Positions 7,429 through 19,116 of a DNA stretch of 64,000 nucleotides are shown piece after piece. The stretch spans positions 1 through 64,000 of the forward strand of contig JAZGFI010000252.1 in the NCBI GenBank assembly GCA_036479435.1, written 5' to 3'. Positions within the stretch are counted from its first letter, which is position 1. Each line of letters opens with the position of its first letter. The translations under genes and the position numbers were made by a program. The notes beneath the pieces were generated by a model. That model was not told the DNA's origin, searched no databases, and saw only the letters and a list, made by a program, of their open reading frames with translations. The stretch is from Planctomycetota bacterium. Its GTDB lineage: Bacteria > Planctomycetota > GCA-002687715 > DRQF01.

Positions 7429-9653
7429 TCATTGGCCGTAGCGGCCGTTTTTTGGTTTGGGGCGTGGCTGGTGGACGCCGCCCAGTTTCTTGAAGTGCTG
7501 CCACAGTCCGGATTCGAAGGCGAGCATGTTGATGTTTTTGGTGGCGATCTCCCAGACTTGGGCGTGGGCTTTGCCGGCGATGTAGTTTTGGAAGAGGCTT
7601 TTGAGGATGGCTTTGTTTTTGGGGTTGCCGTGGTGGAGGTAGTGCACGAGGAGCCAACTAAAGGCGTAGTTGAAACGGGCGTTACGGAGGAAGACGTAGG
7701 CGCTTTGATTCATGAAGGCTTCGAGTGACATCTTGGGGGAGAGCCCGAGTGTCTTGATGTGGTCTCGGCGAACTAGGCCCAACCTCCAACTGCCCTTGGT
7801 GCGCGCGGCTTCGAAGTACTCGGCGTGGCCCTCGTTGAACCAACGGGCGGGCGAGGGCATGACTCGATCGATGTACTGATGGAGCCCTTCGTGCCGTACG
7901 GTTTGCATCATGGCGATGCGGCGGGGGAGGTTCCAAATCAGGAGTTGGCGGAGGACGGGACTGTAGAGCCCCGCTGAGCGCATAGGCATCGTTCCAGTGA
8001 CGCCCTTGGAGTAGGCGAGGTAGCCTTTTTCGGTGGCGAAAAGGTAGACCGGGAAGCGTTCCAAAGTGTCGGTGGCGCGGGCGGGGAGGTAGGCCTTGTA
8101 GGCCAAGTAGGCTTTTTCCAGCACGCGGGACGCTTCGATGCAGATCTCGCGGCTCATGTTGGAGCGCACGATGTAGTGCTGCGTTTGATCTCGAACTTCT
8201 GCGTCCAGCTGGGGCCCTTTTCGGCTTTTACCAGGATGCGATCGAGTTTGAGGATTTTATCGTCGGCGATGCCGCGGCCAATTGCGTCTCGTAGTAGGGC
8301 GCGGCCCTTCGCGTTGCGGCTCGAGACGAGTTCTAAGTTTGCGGCTTCATAGATGAGCGTCGGGTCATTGGGGTATTTGGACCTAAGCTCACTCAAGATC
8401 TCGCCACAGCGAGTGAGGTTTTTTAGGCGCTGGTAATACTGAGCTCGTTCGAGTCGGCCGCGATCAAAGGCCGGGGCTTCCTCAAGAAGCTGGGCGTTTT
8501 CGACCAACGCGCCTTCAAAGTCGCCGAGCCGTGCTTTGGTTTGTCCGCGTATCCAAAGTTGGGTGATGGCCGGTAGCTTGTCGTCTTTGATTGCCAACAA
8601 GGCGGCGTTCAAGGCCGCGCGCGCGGTCTTTTTTCCTTTGAAGGATTCTTGGATGGCCTTACGAACGCGGAGGACCTCGGCGTCTAGTCCCTCGACCTTG
8701 GGCCCCGGAAGAGCTTTGGCATCGAACTTGGGTCTTTGCTCGTTCACCGCCTCGGCTTCGTAGAGCCAAGCCGGGAGGGACTTTTTGGCGTCGTAGGTCT
8801 TTTGGAAATTGGCCATGAGGGTTCGGCGTCGACCGTCGAGTTGGCCCTGGAGCCACGCGCGATCGATGAACCCCTCAACCTCAAGGAAAGTGATGCGAGA
8901 TGCAAATCCCTTTTCGATGCTGAAGAACCCGAAATGTCTCTTTGACTTTTTGCCGCGGCCGATTTTTTTGCCGTTGGCGCGAAACTCGACGTAGCTTTTG
9001 TCGAATTTGATTTTGAACGAGAAACTGTGGCCTTTTCTCAAGACGCATGGCCGTTTTGCGACCATCGTTTTCAGTCGGATGAGCCCGTTGCTAGTGGGGG
9101 GGCGCCGGTCCAAAAGCATGGTTTCACGGATTCGCGTCTTGCCCTTGCTGGCTTTCAAGATCGCACCCCCGCCGTAAGCCTCGAAGCTACCGTCCTGAGG
9201 GTTCCCGACCCACACGCTCATACCCCTTGCGGGGTAGTCCTTACCGCGGATCTCGAGTTTGAAAGGGCCCTCAAAGACAAGTTGACAAACACCATCTTTG
9301 AAGGCTTTCGCTAGCGCTTTACCTTCGTAGCGGACTTTCAACTTCGCATTGTACCGCCCGTAGGACTTGATCTCGCCACCGAAGATCGCCTTCGGATCGT
9401 CGGCATTGTGTTGCGTGCGGAAGCTCGCCGTCCGCATCTCCTCTTCAATGTCGCTGCGGCGCGCCTTGACGTAGGCCTTGCCCTCGTGCTCGGCCAGCAT
9501 TTCATTGAGGCCCGCGAGTTGCTCGGCCCATTTCTTTTTTCGACCCAGCTTTTTGACCGCTTCCAATTGCTTTTCAAAGGATGCTTGGTCCTGCGCAAAG
9601 ATCGCGGTCGAGATGACGGCAAGCGCCAAAAGAGTGGTAAGGAATCGGGTCAT
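7429..9653 (-). pseudogene. Secreted TPR plus gluzincin-like (DUF1570-type) protein, split by a single-base frameshift near 8185
   Basis: Signal peptide MTRFLTTLLALAVISTAIFA at 9653 and TPR-like helices. The downstream frame has HEGLHQY and WFNEGHAEYF. Adding one A in the run at 8184-8186 joins the frames (FEIK-TQHYIVRSN). May be a sequencing error. Confidence 0.75.
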
Positions 9654-9977
9654 GGATGAGCGCCTAGGACATGAACAAGGACGGCGGCTGGGAGGCCTGG
9701 AAATTCGTTCTGCTTTGGGCCGAGAGAGCCAAAAAGGCAACGACTGGCGTATTCTGCAGAAGTGCCGATCTTCCTGCCAGCTTCGAGGGATTCTTGACTC
9801 GACTGAGCCCAGAGATCTTTCATTTGACCAGATGAGGCGAAGACCGGTTGGCGTGCCGCCGCAGGCGCCTATCATGGGGCTCGCCCGCGAAGGGGTGGGC
9901 ATCGGCTGCGGCCGAATGCCGCACAAGTGACTCGCTGGCAAGGGATTAGCCTGGGGCTTCCCCCAGATTGGAGAGCC

Positions 9978-10388
9978 ATGATCGAAAAGATCGCGCACAT
10001 CGGAATCGCCGTGCCCGAGTTGGCCGCGGCCGTAGCTGTTTACGAGGGAGTTCTTGGGCTGACCGTGGATGGTTACGAGACCGTCGAAGACCAGCTGGTG
10101 AACGTCGCGATGTTGAGCGGCGGCGACGATGTCATAGAGCTTTTGGAGCCGACTTCGCCCGACTCGCCGATTGCCAAGTTTATTGACAAGCGCGGCCCGG
10201 GCATCCATCACATCTGCCTTCAGGTCGATGACATCGAGGCGACCTTAGCGCGTTTCAAAGCTCAGGGCTTGAAGCTGATTGACGAGGAGCCCCGCGCCGG
10301 GGCGCACGGTTGCCGCATTGCCTTTGTGCACCCCAAAAGCACCGGAGGCGTCTTGATCGAATTAAGTGAGCCCGGAAATGACGAGTAA
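9978..10388 (+). CDS. mce: Methylmalonyl-CoA epimerase (VOC family)
   Basis: [51 protein letters not shown]. Confidence 0.93.
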   Translation: MIEKIAHIGIAVPELAAAVAVYEGVLGLTVDGYETVEDQLVNVAMLSGGDDVIELLEPTSPDSPIAKFIDKRGPGIHHICLQVDDIEATLARFKAQGLKLIDEEPRAGAHGCRIAFVHPKSTGGVLIELSEPGNDE

Positions 10389-11931
10389 AGAAAACGCAGG
10401 CGAACGCCTGCTCCGCATGCGCGAAGAGGCTCTGAAGGGCGGAGGCGAAGCACGCCTCGCGGCACAACACGAGCGCGGTCAACTGAGCGCGCGCGAGCGC
10501 GTCGAGTTGCTCTTGGATCAAGGGTCTTTCGTTGAGCTTGACGCTTTTGTCACGCACCGTTGCGTCGACTTCGGCCTCGGCGATCAAAAGGTTCTCGGCG
10601 ACGGCGTTGTGACCGGTTACGGCACCATCGACGGCCGGCACGTCTACGTCTACTCCCAAGACTTCACGGTCTTCGGGGGGTCTTTGTCTGAGGCCCACGC
10701 CGCCAAGATTTGCAAGATCATGGATCTCGCGATGAAGGGCGGTAAACCTGTAATCGGGCTCTGCGATTCCGGCGGTGCGCGTATTCAGGAAGGCGTGTTG
10801 AGCCTCGGCGGTTACGCCGACATCTTTTTGCGTAACACGCTCGCCTCGGGCGTCATCCCCCAGTTGTCGGTCGTCATGGGACCTTGCGCCGGAGGCGCGG
10901 TCTACTCGCCGGCGATCACCGATTTCGTGACGATGGTCGAAAAGACCAGCTACATGTTCATCACCGGTCCCAACGTCGTGAAGACGGTGACCCACGAAGA
11001 CGTCACGCGTGAAGAACTCGGCGGGGCCGCGACTCACAATCAAAAGAGCGGCGTTGCGCACTTCTCGGCGCGAAGCGACGCCGAAGCGCTCGCGATGACC
11101 CGAGAGCTCATGGGCTTTTTGCCTTTGAACAACTTGGAAGACGCCCCGCGCATCCCCAGTGATGATCCCGTCGATCGCGCCGACTCAGGGCTCGACACCT
11201 TGGTGCCCGACAATCCCAACAAGCCCTATGACATTCGCGACGCGATCAACGCCATCGTGGATCGCGGTCACTTTTTTGAAGTGATGAAAGACTGGGCGAT
11301 GAACATCGTCATCGGCTTTGCTCGCTTGGACGGCCGGACCGTAGGGGTTGTCGCCAATCAACCGGCGGTGTTGGCGGGATGCTTGGATATCGACGCTTCG
11401 ACCAAGGGCGCGCGCTTCATCCGTTTTTGCGACGCTTTCAATATCCCGCTGATCACCTTTGAGGACGTCCCGGGGTTTTTGCCCGGTGTATCGCAGGAAC
11501 ACGGCGGCATCATTCGCCACGGAGCGAAACTGCTTTACGCCTACTGCGAAGCGACGGTGCCCAAGATCACGGTCATCACGCGCAAGGCTTACGGCGGCGC
11601 TTACGATGTCATGAACTCAAAGCACATCCGGGGCGACATGAACTACGCCTGGCCGGGAGCTCAGATCGCGGTCATGGGAGCAAAAGGTGCGGTCGAGATC
11701 ATCTTTCGGCGCAAGATCAAAGCCTCCGACGACCCCGTCGCTGAAGCCGAACGTCAGGTTGAAAGCTACGAAGAGAAGTTCAACAATCCCTACGTTGCCG
11801 CCGCGCGCGGCTACATCGATGAGATCATCGAACCCTCGAAGACTCGCCAACGCTTGATCCAAGCCTTGGCCTTGCTCGAAAACAAGCGCGATACGAACCC
11901 CGCCAAAAAGCACGGGAACATCCCACTATGA
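10378..11931 (+). CDS. pccB: Acyl-CoA (propionyl-CoA) carboxylase carboxyltransferase subunit
   Basis: [46 protein letters not shown]. Confidence 0.93.
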   Translation: MTSKENAGERLLRMREEALKGGGEARLAAQHERGQLSARERVELLLDQGSFVELDAFVTHRCVDFGLGDQKVLGDGVVTGYGTIDGRHVYVYSQDFTVFGGSLSEAHAAKICKIMDLAMKGGKPVIGLCDSGGARIQEGVLSLGGYADIFLRNTLASGVIPQLSVVMGPCAGGAVYSPAITDFVTMVEKTSYMFITGPNVVKTVTHEDVTREELGGAATHNQKSGVAHFSARSDAEALAMTRELMGFLPLNNLEDAPRIPSDDPVDRADSGLDTLVPDNPNKPYDIRDAINAIVDRGHFFEVMKDWAMNIVIGFARLDGRTVGVVANQPAVLAGCLDIDASTKGARFIRFCDAFNIPLITFEDVPGFLPGVSQEHGGIIRHGAKLLYAYCEATVPKITVITRKAYGGAYDVMNSKHIRGDMNYAWPGAQIAVMGAKGAVEIIFRRKIKASDDPVAEAERQVESYEEKFNNPYVAAARGYIDEIIEPSKTRQRLIQALALLENKRDTNPAKKHGNIPL

Positions 11932-13451
11932 GCGACGGCAAAGGGCTCGAACAACTAAAGTGCGTGCTGATTGCAAACCGCGGTGAGATCGCGATTCGCA
12001 TCATTCGCGCCTGCCATCGCCTCGGTATTCCGACCGCCATCGTTCACTCGACGGTAGATCGCGATTCCCGTGCGCTGCGTTTGGCAGATCGCGCGGTGTG
12101 CATTGGCGAACCCGAGGCGAAGGCGAGCTATCTCAATATCGATCGCATTCTTGAAGCCTGTCGCGAGACCGGCTCGAACGCCGTTCACCCGGGCTACGGG
12201 TTTTTGGCCGAGAACTCTGAGTTCGCCCGCCGCGTACGGGAGGCGGGTTTGTTTTTCATCGGCCCTCAGGCCGAGGCCATCGACGCCATGGGCGACAAGA
12301 TCAACTCCCGTCGGATGATGATCGAAGCGGGCGTTCCGGTTGTACCTGGAATTGAGAGCGATGAGTTCACGCCGAAAGAGTTGAAAGCCGCGGCCAAGAA
12401 AATCGGCTATCCGGTGATGCTAAAGGCCACCGCCGGCGGCGGCGGCAAGGGCATTCGCATCGTCCAAAAAGAATCCGAGCTTTGGGACGCCTACGAACGC
12501 TCGGTGAGTGAGTCCGAAAAGGCCTTCGGCAACGGCATGGTCTACATCGAAAAGGCGATCGAAGGACCGCACCACATCGAGTTTCAGATTTTTGGTGATG
12601 CCCACGGCAACTACTTGCATCTTCACGAACGTGAATGCAGTGTGCAGCGCCGGCACCAAAAAGTCGTTGAAGAAGCCCCCAGCCCCTTCATGACACCTAA
12701 GCTGCACGCCGCCATGGCCTCGGCCGCGGTGCAAGCGGCGGCGGCGATCGGCTATCAGAACGCGGGCACCGTTGAGTTTCTCGTCGATCGCGACCGCAAC
12801 TTCTACTTTCTTGAAATGAACACCCGACTTCAGGTCGAGCATCCGGTCACCGAGATGATCCTTGGGGTTGACTTGGTTGAAGAGCAGCTTCGAGTTGCGG
12901 TGGGCATGCCCTTGTCGTTCCAACAGAAGGATCTCGTGCCGAGGGGCCACGCGGTTGAAGTGCGCATCTGCGCCGAAGATCCCGACAACAACTACTTGCC
13001 CGCTATCGGCTGCGTCAAAGCGCTGACGCTCCCGTCCGGCCCGGGCGTGCGCGTCGACTCGGCGCTGTTTCCCGGTATGGAAGTTTCGCTCTACTACGAT
13101 TCGATGCTCGCCAAGCTCATCGTGTGGGGTGCCGACCGCGCCGCGGCGATCGCCGGATTGAGACAGGCTTTGGCAGAGTTCAAGATCGCTGGCCTAAAGA
13201 CCAACATTCCCTTTTTAGGTTCCATCCTTCGCGACGAGGCCTTTCGGCGCGGCGAGTACGACACCTCCTTCCTGACGCATTTCGAACCCGCGGGCATGCG
13301 GCCCGAAGTTCTTGAAGCCGCCTTGGCGGCGGCGGTCCTTTATCGCCACACCCGGCAGTCTGCGGCCCGCGCGGCCTTGAAGGGAACAAAGGGCGGTGGG
13401 CTCGATCCTTGGAAGGCGGCGGCTCGTGGCGCGGGGGTGAACAGACGATGA
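11928..13451 (+). CDS. Biotin carboxylase subunit of acyl-CoA carboxylase
   Basis: [48 protein letters not shown]. Confidence 0.95.
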   Translation: MSDGKGLEQLKCVLIANRGEIAIRIIRACHRLGIPTAIVHSTVDRDSRALRLADRAVCIGEPEAKASYLNIDRILEACRETGSNAVHPGYGFLAENSEFARRVREAGLFFIGPQAEAIDAMGDKINSRRMMIEAGVPVVPGIESDEFTPKELKAAAKKIGYPVMLKATAGGGGKGIRIVQKESELWDAYERSVSESEKAFGNGMVYIEKAIEGPHHIEFQIFGDAHGNYLHLHERECSVQRRHQKVVEEAPSPFMTPKLHAAMASAAVQAAAAIGYQNAGTVEFLVDRDRNFYFLEMNTRLQVEHPVTEMILGVDLVEEQLRVAVGMPLSFQQKDLVPRGHAVEVRICAEDPDNNYLPAIGCVKALTLPSGPGVRVDSALFPGMEVSLYYDSMLAKLIVWGADRAAAIAGLRQALAEFKIAGLKTNIPFLGSILRDEAFRRGEYDTSFLTHFEPAGMRPEVLEAALAAAVLYRHTRQSAARAALKGTKGGGLDPWKAAARGAGVNRR

Positions 13452-13969
13452 AGTACATCTTGGACCACGACGGCGAGCAACACGAGATCACCGTCATCGA
13501 CAATCCCGACGGAAGCTTCCGCCTTTTGCTCGGCGATCGGGAACTTAAGGCTGACTTCCTTCAGTCCATTAACCCCGCCCTTTGCTCGTTGATCCTGGAC
13601 GGTCGCTCTTATGAGCTTTTGGTCGTTGAGAACGAGGACGTCACCTCCGTGACGACCCACGGGCTCGGCGTTGATCTAAAAGTTGAGAGCGAGCGTGAGC
13701 ACAACGCTCGGATGATCAGCGGCGATAGCGATGCCGGTGGCCCCGTGGTAATCAAGGCCGCGATGCCGGGGATCGTCGTCTCGGTGTCCGTTGCCGTGGG
13801 TGATACGGTCGAAAAAGGGCAGTCGGTTGCGGTACTCGAAGCCATGAAAATGGAGAACGAGGTGCGGGCACCTGGATCTGGGGTCGTGACCGCGATTGCC
13901 GTGAACGCCGGTCAAACCGTAGACGGTGGCGCCGTCTTGATTGAGGTAGGCGTTCCCGACGAGTCCTAA
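13448..13969 (+). CDS. Biotin carboxyl carrier protein
   Basis: AMPGIV...EAMKMENE biotinylation motif; ATGA overlap with the upstream stop. Confidence 0.93.
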   Translation: MKYILDHDGEQHEITVIDNPDGSFRLLLGDRELKADFLQSINPALCSLILDGRSYELLVVENEDVTSVTTHGLGVDLKVESEREHNARMISGDSDAGGPVVIKAAMPGIVVSVSVAVGDTVEKGQSVAVLEAMKMENEVRAPGSGVVTAIAVNAGQTVDGGAVLIEVGVPDES

Positions 13970-14070
13970 GTCGCTTGATAAGCTAATATTAGGGCTTCAA
14001 AGTTAAAGAAAATATCTCCCCAGCCCCGCCGTATGGCCGGGGTTAATCGACTCATGATCGAGGGAGTTTC

Positions 14071-14601
14071 ATGTCCACTAAACCAATCAAAAGACCCGAG
14101 ACCAACGGCTTAGGCGTTGCGGGTTTCATCACGTCTTTAGTCGGCCTCATTTTTACTTGCGGGCTGCTGTGTCCCATCGGCCTGCTCATGAGCTTCTTCG
14201 CCTTGTTCTCAAGACCGCGCGGCTTTGCCGTCGCGGGCACGATCATCGGGGCTGTGGGCTCGGGAATCTGGGTCCTCGTCGGGATGGCCATCATCTTTGG
14301 AGCCGAAGAGGCGCACGAGCAATACCAAGACAGCCACTTCGCCGTCGAAGTCGTCGCCCAAGACCTCGAACGCCACGGCGAGGTGCTCGAGAAAATCGAA
14401 CGCCGCGAACGCCGTCTTCTGTCCTTCGCCGACATCCGCGCCAAGCTCAGCGAAGAGGAAGCCCAAGATCCCTGGGGCCAAGTCATCCAAGTGCGCGCCA
14501 CCCACGACGGCGACCGCGAAATCTACTCCTACGGTCCCGACGGCAAAGAAGACACCGAAGACGACATCGTTCGTCGCCTAGAACTCCCGCCGCTCAAGTA
14601 G
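14071..14601 (+). CDS. Membrane protein: DUF4190-like N-terminus plus pseudopilin GspG-like C-terminal motif
   Basis: TNGLGVAGFITSLVGL..CGLLCPIGLL hydrophobic block; DPWG...IYSYGPDG.EDTEDDI tail; GGGAG RBS. Confidence 0.7.
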   Translation: MSTKPIKRPETNGLGVAGFITSLVGLIFTCGLLCPIGLLMSFFALFSRPRGFAVAGTIIGAVGSGIWVLVGMAIIFGAEEAHEQYQDSHFAVEVVAQDLERHGEVLEKIERRERRLLSFADIRAKLSEEEAQDPWGQVIQVRATHDGDREIYSYGPDGKEDTEDDIVRRLELPPLK

Positions 14602-14701
14602 TCGGGTTGTCACCATCCTTGACCGGAGCGTTCCTGGCATGTCACGGGCCCCGTGGCCCTTACTCGCCATGGCCCATTTCCGCTGGCTCATGTCATTCAA
14701 C

Positions 14702-14750
14702 TTGACTTCTCCCTCGGAGTGTCCGATAATGACTTAGATCATTTAGATTA
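14702..14750 (+). promoter_or_regulatory. sigma70 promoter with downstream operator-like repeat for the TA operon
   Basis: TTGACT-N17-GATAAT followed by TTAGATCA-TTTAGATTA. Confidence 0.65.
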
Positions 14751-14762
14751 AAGTGGGAGGGT

Positions 14763-15008
14763 GTGCTTGTGATCTGGAAACTGGCCGAGGCCAAAAACAA
14801 ACTTAGCGAAGTCTGCCGTCTTGCCATGCGGGAAGGTCCGCAACGCATCGAGCGCCGCAATGACGCGTTCTACGTTTTGTCCGAAGAAGAATTTGAACGG
14901 CTCTCGGGCGAGAAGCCTGATTTCATCGAGTTCCTGTTGAACGCACCAGACATGAGTGACCTCGATCTGGAGCGCAGCAAAGAGCCGATGAGAGAACTCG
15001 ATCTATGA
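14763..15008 (+). CDS. Phd/YefM family antitoxin
   Basis: WKLAEAKNKLSEV...EGPQRIERR...LSEEEFERL; overlaps the toxin start (ATGA). Confidence 0.88.
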   Translation: MLVIWKLAEAKNKLSEVCRLAMREGPQRIERRNDAFYVLSEEEFERLSGEKPDFIEFLLNAPDMSDLDLERSKEPMRELDL

Positions 15009-15427
15009 GAATGCTCCTCGACACTTGCGTGATTTCAGAGACCGCAAAAAAAAGTGGTCTGAAACACATCCGTGATCGCGTAGCGCGCCTTAGTGCCAAG
15101 GACACGTTCCTAAGCGTGATTACCATCGGAGAAATCACAAAAGGCGTCAAACAACTTGACCCCTCCAGGAAGAGAACGGCATTAGAGGGCTTTCTTGCGC
15201 AGCTGGAGGAGAATTTCGAACATCGCATTTTGGACGTTGGCATCGAAACCGCACAGATTTGGGGTGAGATTACCGCTCAAGCCCGCATGCGCGGCAAGGT
15301 CATTCCTCCTCTCGACGGGATCATCGCCGCAACCGCTATTCAACACGGTCTGCATGTGATGACGCGCAATGTCAAAGATTTTGAAGAGTCCGGGGTGCTC
15401 CTCGTCAATCCCTGGGAAGACGACTAA
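15005..15427 (+). CDS. vapC: PIN-domain VapC toxin
   Basis: LLDTCVISE, LSVITIGEI, DGIIAATA, TRNVKDF, NPW. Confidence 0.93.
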   Translation: MRMLLDTCVISETAKKSGLKHIRDRVARLSAKDTFLSVITIGEITKGVKQLDPSRKRTALEGFLAQLEENFEHRILDVGIETAQIWGEITAQARMRGKVIPPLDGIIAATAIQHGLHVMTRNVKDFEESGVLLVNPWEDD

Positions 15428-15478
15428 GACACTTCCGTTCTTCGCATCGAGTCGAGAGTTTGTCTTTTCTCGAACTCT

Positions 15479-18301
15479 TTAGGCGGTTGGGTTTGAACCT
15501 AAATCCTCTGCTGCGGCTGGAGGCTTCGGCCTAGTGGCGCCTTTCATCAGTAAAAAGCCGAAGGCGTAGACGGCGCCGGCGATCATGAGGACTTTGGTGA
15601 AGCCGATCTCTTGGCTGAGCACGATGCAGAGGATGGAAGCTAAGACGGACATGAAGCCGTTGATGGCCCAACCCCAGGGGAGAAGCTGGGGGCAGTTTTG
15701 TTCGAGGATGCGGATTCCGGTGGGGAAGGGCATGCCGAGCATGGTGCCGAGGGGGGCGATGATGGCGACGGTGACGAGGATGCGACTCCAAAGCGGCCAG
15801 CCAAGAAGGAGCGGTACCAGCCAGTTCAGGGCGAGCAGTGCGAAGGCTAAGGAGATGAGGATTCCGAACATGAGTTTCATGAGTCGGCCGTAGTTGAGGC
15901 GGGCGGTGCGGCCGGAGAGGAAGGAGCCGATGCCGGCGAAGCCGAGCAGTGAGGTTAGGACCACGCTGATCGCGTAAGTCGGATGGCCCAAGAAGATCAC
16001 GAGCTTTTGCATCAAGACGATCTCGATGAACATGAAGCCGACACCGAGAGAGCCGAAGTAGGCGAGGTAACGGAACTTGCCGGGGGTGGGCACACCTTCT
16101 TTTCGTAGCCGCAAGATCGGTAACAGGATCAAGATGAAGGCGAGCAGCGCGATTTGAGCAAGCGAGGCTTGCAGAACGCGATGGCCGACAGGAACATCGG
16201 GGTGGTAGCGTTTTTTGTTGCTGGATTCTTCGGACGGCTGGCCGAAGAGGTTGCCGAAGCTGTCTTCGCTGCGGTAGTAGTTGAAGAAAAACGGCGTGTC
16301 ATCGGTGCAGGCGGAAAGCTGGAAGGGGTAGTCCGCCAAGAACTCGGCGCGCTCTTTTTCGCTGCCGTGCATGAGGGCCGCGAAGTCTTGCTGAGTGCGC
16401 TCGAACTGCGCGTTGATGTTGCGGCTTAAGGCCACGGCGCGGTTGGCGAGGGCATCAAGTTTGGCCTTGGCGTCATCGCGTTTGGTTTCAGGAATGGAGA
16501 GCGCGAACTGATCGAGGGCCGCTCCGGCCTCGGAGCTGCGCCCCTCGAACTTCTTGATGAAGAGATCGGAGAGCAACTCCGAAGCGAGTTTCTTGTCGAG
16601 TTCGATGCCGAGCGGAGTGGCGATGGTGGGGCCGACAATCTTTTCGAACTCGCGGCGCGCAAGGTTCATACCTTTGGCCGGAGGCGAGAAACCTTCGCCT
16701 TGGCCCAAAGTTGGATTGAAGAGAAATCCGCGAAAGCCGTATTTTTCGCCGAAGACCTGGAGGGCATCAACTTCGGTCTGCGTGAAAGGGCCCTTTTTGA
16801 TCATCGTCGAAGCCCAGTCGTCGCCCTGGAACACGAGGATCTGTTTTTCGGGCGCGTCAATGCCGAGGTCTTTCAGGGCGACCCAGGCGATGTTCGCTAA
16901 ACGCAAGGTCTCGCGCGGGCGTTGCGGGTAGTTGAGGATGAAACGCGAGTAGTTGACGTAGCCCTCGGGCTTTAGGTGCTCATAGAATTCTTGAACCGCT
17001 TCGACCGTGTAGAGGTAGCTCTCCGACAAAGTGTAGGCGCCCGTCGAAAGGGCGGTGAAGGAATCGACACCCGCCATATTGATGACGTCGTACTTTTTGT
17101 CGCGGTGGCGCATGTAGGAACGCCCCTCGCGGTTGATGAGTTCAATGCGGTCCGAGTACTGGTGAGCTCCCGGTGTAAATAAGTTCCCGGTGTAGTCCGC
17201 GAAGTCCTCTTGGACCATGCGAATCATGGCTTTGTTGATTTCAACGGCGGTTACGTGTTTGGCGCCGTTGGCGAGCGCCACCATCACGTCGACCCCGCCG
17301 CCGACACCGATCACCAAGACTTCGGCATCTTTGCCTCCGCGGGCGTCAAAGGTGACGTAGGCACTGCCCGCTTGGGATTGCTTCAAAAAGGGAAACTTCT
17401 CAATCGAGGCGGCGTCGCGATAAAGCATCGTCGGCGCGGTGCCATCTTGCGCGACATAGCGTGCCGCGACGGGAGCGGCATAGGCGTAGATGTTGCCGCC
17501 GATCATCGGCGGGGCAAACTCGACTTCGTCGGAAACTTGAACTTCGGCGGTTGAGCTGGGGATGCGCATTGCAATGCCAACGCCGGGGCCCAAGTCTTCG
17601 ATGTCTTTTCCGGGAGCGAAGGGGATTTCCCAATCAAGCTTGGGAATGTGCAAAGTGCTGGAGCCACCGAGGAATCCGATGACGGTGACGATGCCGATGC
17701 ACAGAGGCAAGGTCGCCAAGAGCATCGAGCGCCAACGTCCCAAGGCAAAGACGAATCCGGCGAGGGTGCCAATCCCTCCGGCGACGATGACGGTGTTGGT
17801 GTTGCCGAGAGTTGACAGCAAAAACGCAGAAGCCGCGCCGCCGAGGGCCGACCCCAGCAGGTCGGAGAAGTAAAGTCGATCGACGAACTTGGGCATGCGA
17901 GTCAGGACTTGACCAATCGCCAAGCCACCCAAGAGCATGGGGACGGCGATGATTAAGTAAAAGAGCATCAAACCCAAGATGTTCGACTTGTCTTCCCAAA
18001 TGCGAAGGGTGTCTATCTTGACCAGGGTCGCGAAAAAGAAACTCAAGATGAGCGTGAGACCGTAGGCCCAGGAGTAAAAGGCGATCGAACCGCGGGGGTC
18101 ATCTGTGCGCAAGGAATCTCGTCGCGCGGTCAAGATGCTGCCGGCGGCTCCAAATCCCAGCATGGCGATCGACACCACCATGTAGGTGAAGTGATGCCAC
18201 ATCAAGATCGCAAAGACTCGCGTCAAAGCGATCTGGAACAGGATCATCGAGCCGGCCAAAAGGAAAATGCCGGCGTAGGCAGTCTTGCGGCTAGAGGGCA
18301 T
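15479..18301 (-). CDS. Multi-pass membrane protein with central SAM-dependent (spermidine synthase-like) domain
   Basis: N- and C-terminal TM bundles; VLVIGVGGGVDV, AVEIN, EGRSY, ESYLYTVEA, TDDTPFF. Confidence 0.85.
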   Translation of the reverse strand: MPSSRKTAYAGIFLLAGSMILFQIALTRVFAILMWHHFTYMVVSIAMLGFGAAGSILTARRDSLRTDDPRGSIAFYSWAYGLTLILSFFFATLVKIDTLRIWEDKSNILGLMLFYLIIAVPMLLGGLAIGQVLTRMPKFVDRLYFSDLLGSALGGAASAFLLSTLGNTNTVIVAGGIGTLAGFVFALGRWRSMLLATLPLCIGIVTVIGFLGGSSTLHIPKLDWEIPFAPGKDIEDLGPGVGIAMRIPSSTAEVQVSDEVEFAPPMIGGNIYAYAAPVAARYVAQDGTAPTMLYRDAASIEKFPFLKQSQAGSAYVTFDARGGKDAEVLVIGVGGGVDVMVALANGAKHVTAVEINKAMIRMVQEDFADYTGNLFTPGAHQYSDRIELINREGRSYMRHRDKKYDVINMAGVDSFTALSTGAYTLSESYLYTVEAVQEFYEHLKPEGYVNYSRFILNYPQRPRETLRLANIAWVALKDLGIDAPEKQILVFQGDDWASTMIKKGPFTQTEVDALQVFGEKYGFRGFLFNPTLGQGEGFSPPAKGMNLARREFEKIVGPTIATPLGIELDKKLASELLSDLFIKKFEGRSSEAGAALDQFALSIPETKRDDAKAKLDALANRAVALSRNINAQFERTQQDFAALMHGSEKERAEFLADYPFQLSACTDDTPFFFNYYRSEDSFGNLFGQPSEESSNKKRYHPDVPVGHRVLQASLAQIALLAFILILLPILRLRKEGVPTPGKFRYLAYFGSLGVGFMFIEIVLMQKLVIFLGHPTYAISVVLTSLLGFAGIGSFLSGRTARLNYGRLMKLMFGILISLAFALLALNWLVPLLLGWPLWSRILVTVAIIAPLGTMLGMPFPTGIRILEQNCPQLLPWGWAINGFMSVLASILCIVLSQEIGFTKVLMIAGAVYAFGFLLMKGATRPKPPAAAEDLGSNPTA

Positions 18302-19040
18302 GGGGTCTCCCGTCGGGCGTAGATCCCGGAGTGGCGTTGAGTGTTCGCGTGATGATGACCTGGGCTTTTTGCCAGGCTCCAGGACTCACGAAGGGTCGCG
18401 CGCGTTCGGCCGCGGCCCGTGTTTTTGCTGGACTGGCACCACAGTGAAGGGCGCCGCGCAGATGAGAGGATAGTTGGCGGACATCGCCCGAGACGATCAA
18501 AGCAGCGACAGCACAAAGCTCCCTGGTGGCCGGGTCGAGTTGCGGGCGCGACAAGATCCCGCCGTAAGCACTCGTGAGAATCCAAGGGCCAAGGTCAGGA
18601 TGAAAACGGTCCAGGTCTGCCAACACACGCTCCGCATGGTCCGCGTAAACCCGTCGAAACAGGGCTTCACCACGTTTGCGAAGTGCCTTGGGGTCGCGGT
18701 CTAATTCTGTCGCCGGTTTGGATGCGGCCTTCGTCTTTGCGTTGGGACCGATTTCGTCGCCGAAGTACTTTCGAAACGAGGCCAGGGCGTTGATGCCCCG
18801 TGGAAACCCCGCGAAAAGTGGCAGTTGGAGGAGCGCTTCCAATAGAGCCTCGCCATCGGCACTTTCAGAGTCCGCGGCCGCAGCCAGGGCTCGGTCGCCC
18901 ATGGCTGCTCCGTTCACGGCGGCGGCGAAGACCGTCACCAAAGTGGCGACTTCGTCGGACAAGACCTCGTCTCGAAAAAGCCTCGACCAGGGAATCTTGT
19001 CGCGATCGTCAGGCTTTTGTTCGGGTTGCGCGCGGGACAT
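18291..19040 (-). CDS. Carboxymuconolactone decarboxylase / AhpD-like family protein
   Basis: LFAGFPRGINAL, AYGGILSRPQLDPATRELCAVAAL, QLSSHLRGAL. Confidence 0.8.
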   Translation of the reverse strand: MSRAQPEQKPDDRDKIPWSRLFRDEVLSDEVATLVTVFAAAVNGAAMGDRALAAAADSESADGEALLEALLQLPLFAGFPRGINALASFRKYFGDEIGPNAKTKAASKPATELDRDPKALRKRGEALFRRVYADHAERVLADLDRFHPDLGPWILTSAYGGILSRPQLDPATRELCAVAALIVSGDVRQLSSHLRGALHCGASPAKTRAAAERARPFVSPGAWQKAQVIITRTLNATPGSTPDGRPHAL

Positions 19041-19116
19041 GGTTACAGGCTAACAGTCACGATTTACGAGGCCCCGATTCGTCTTAGGTCGTCAAGAATA
19101 TGCAGGCGTTCGGATG

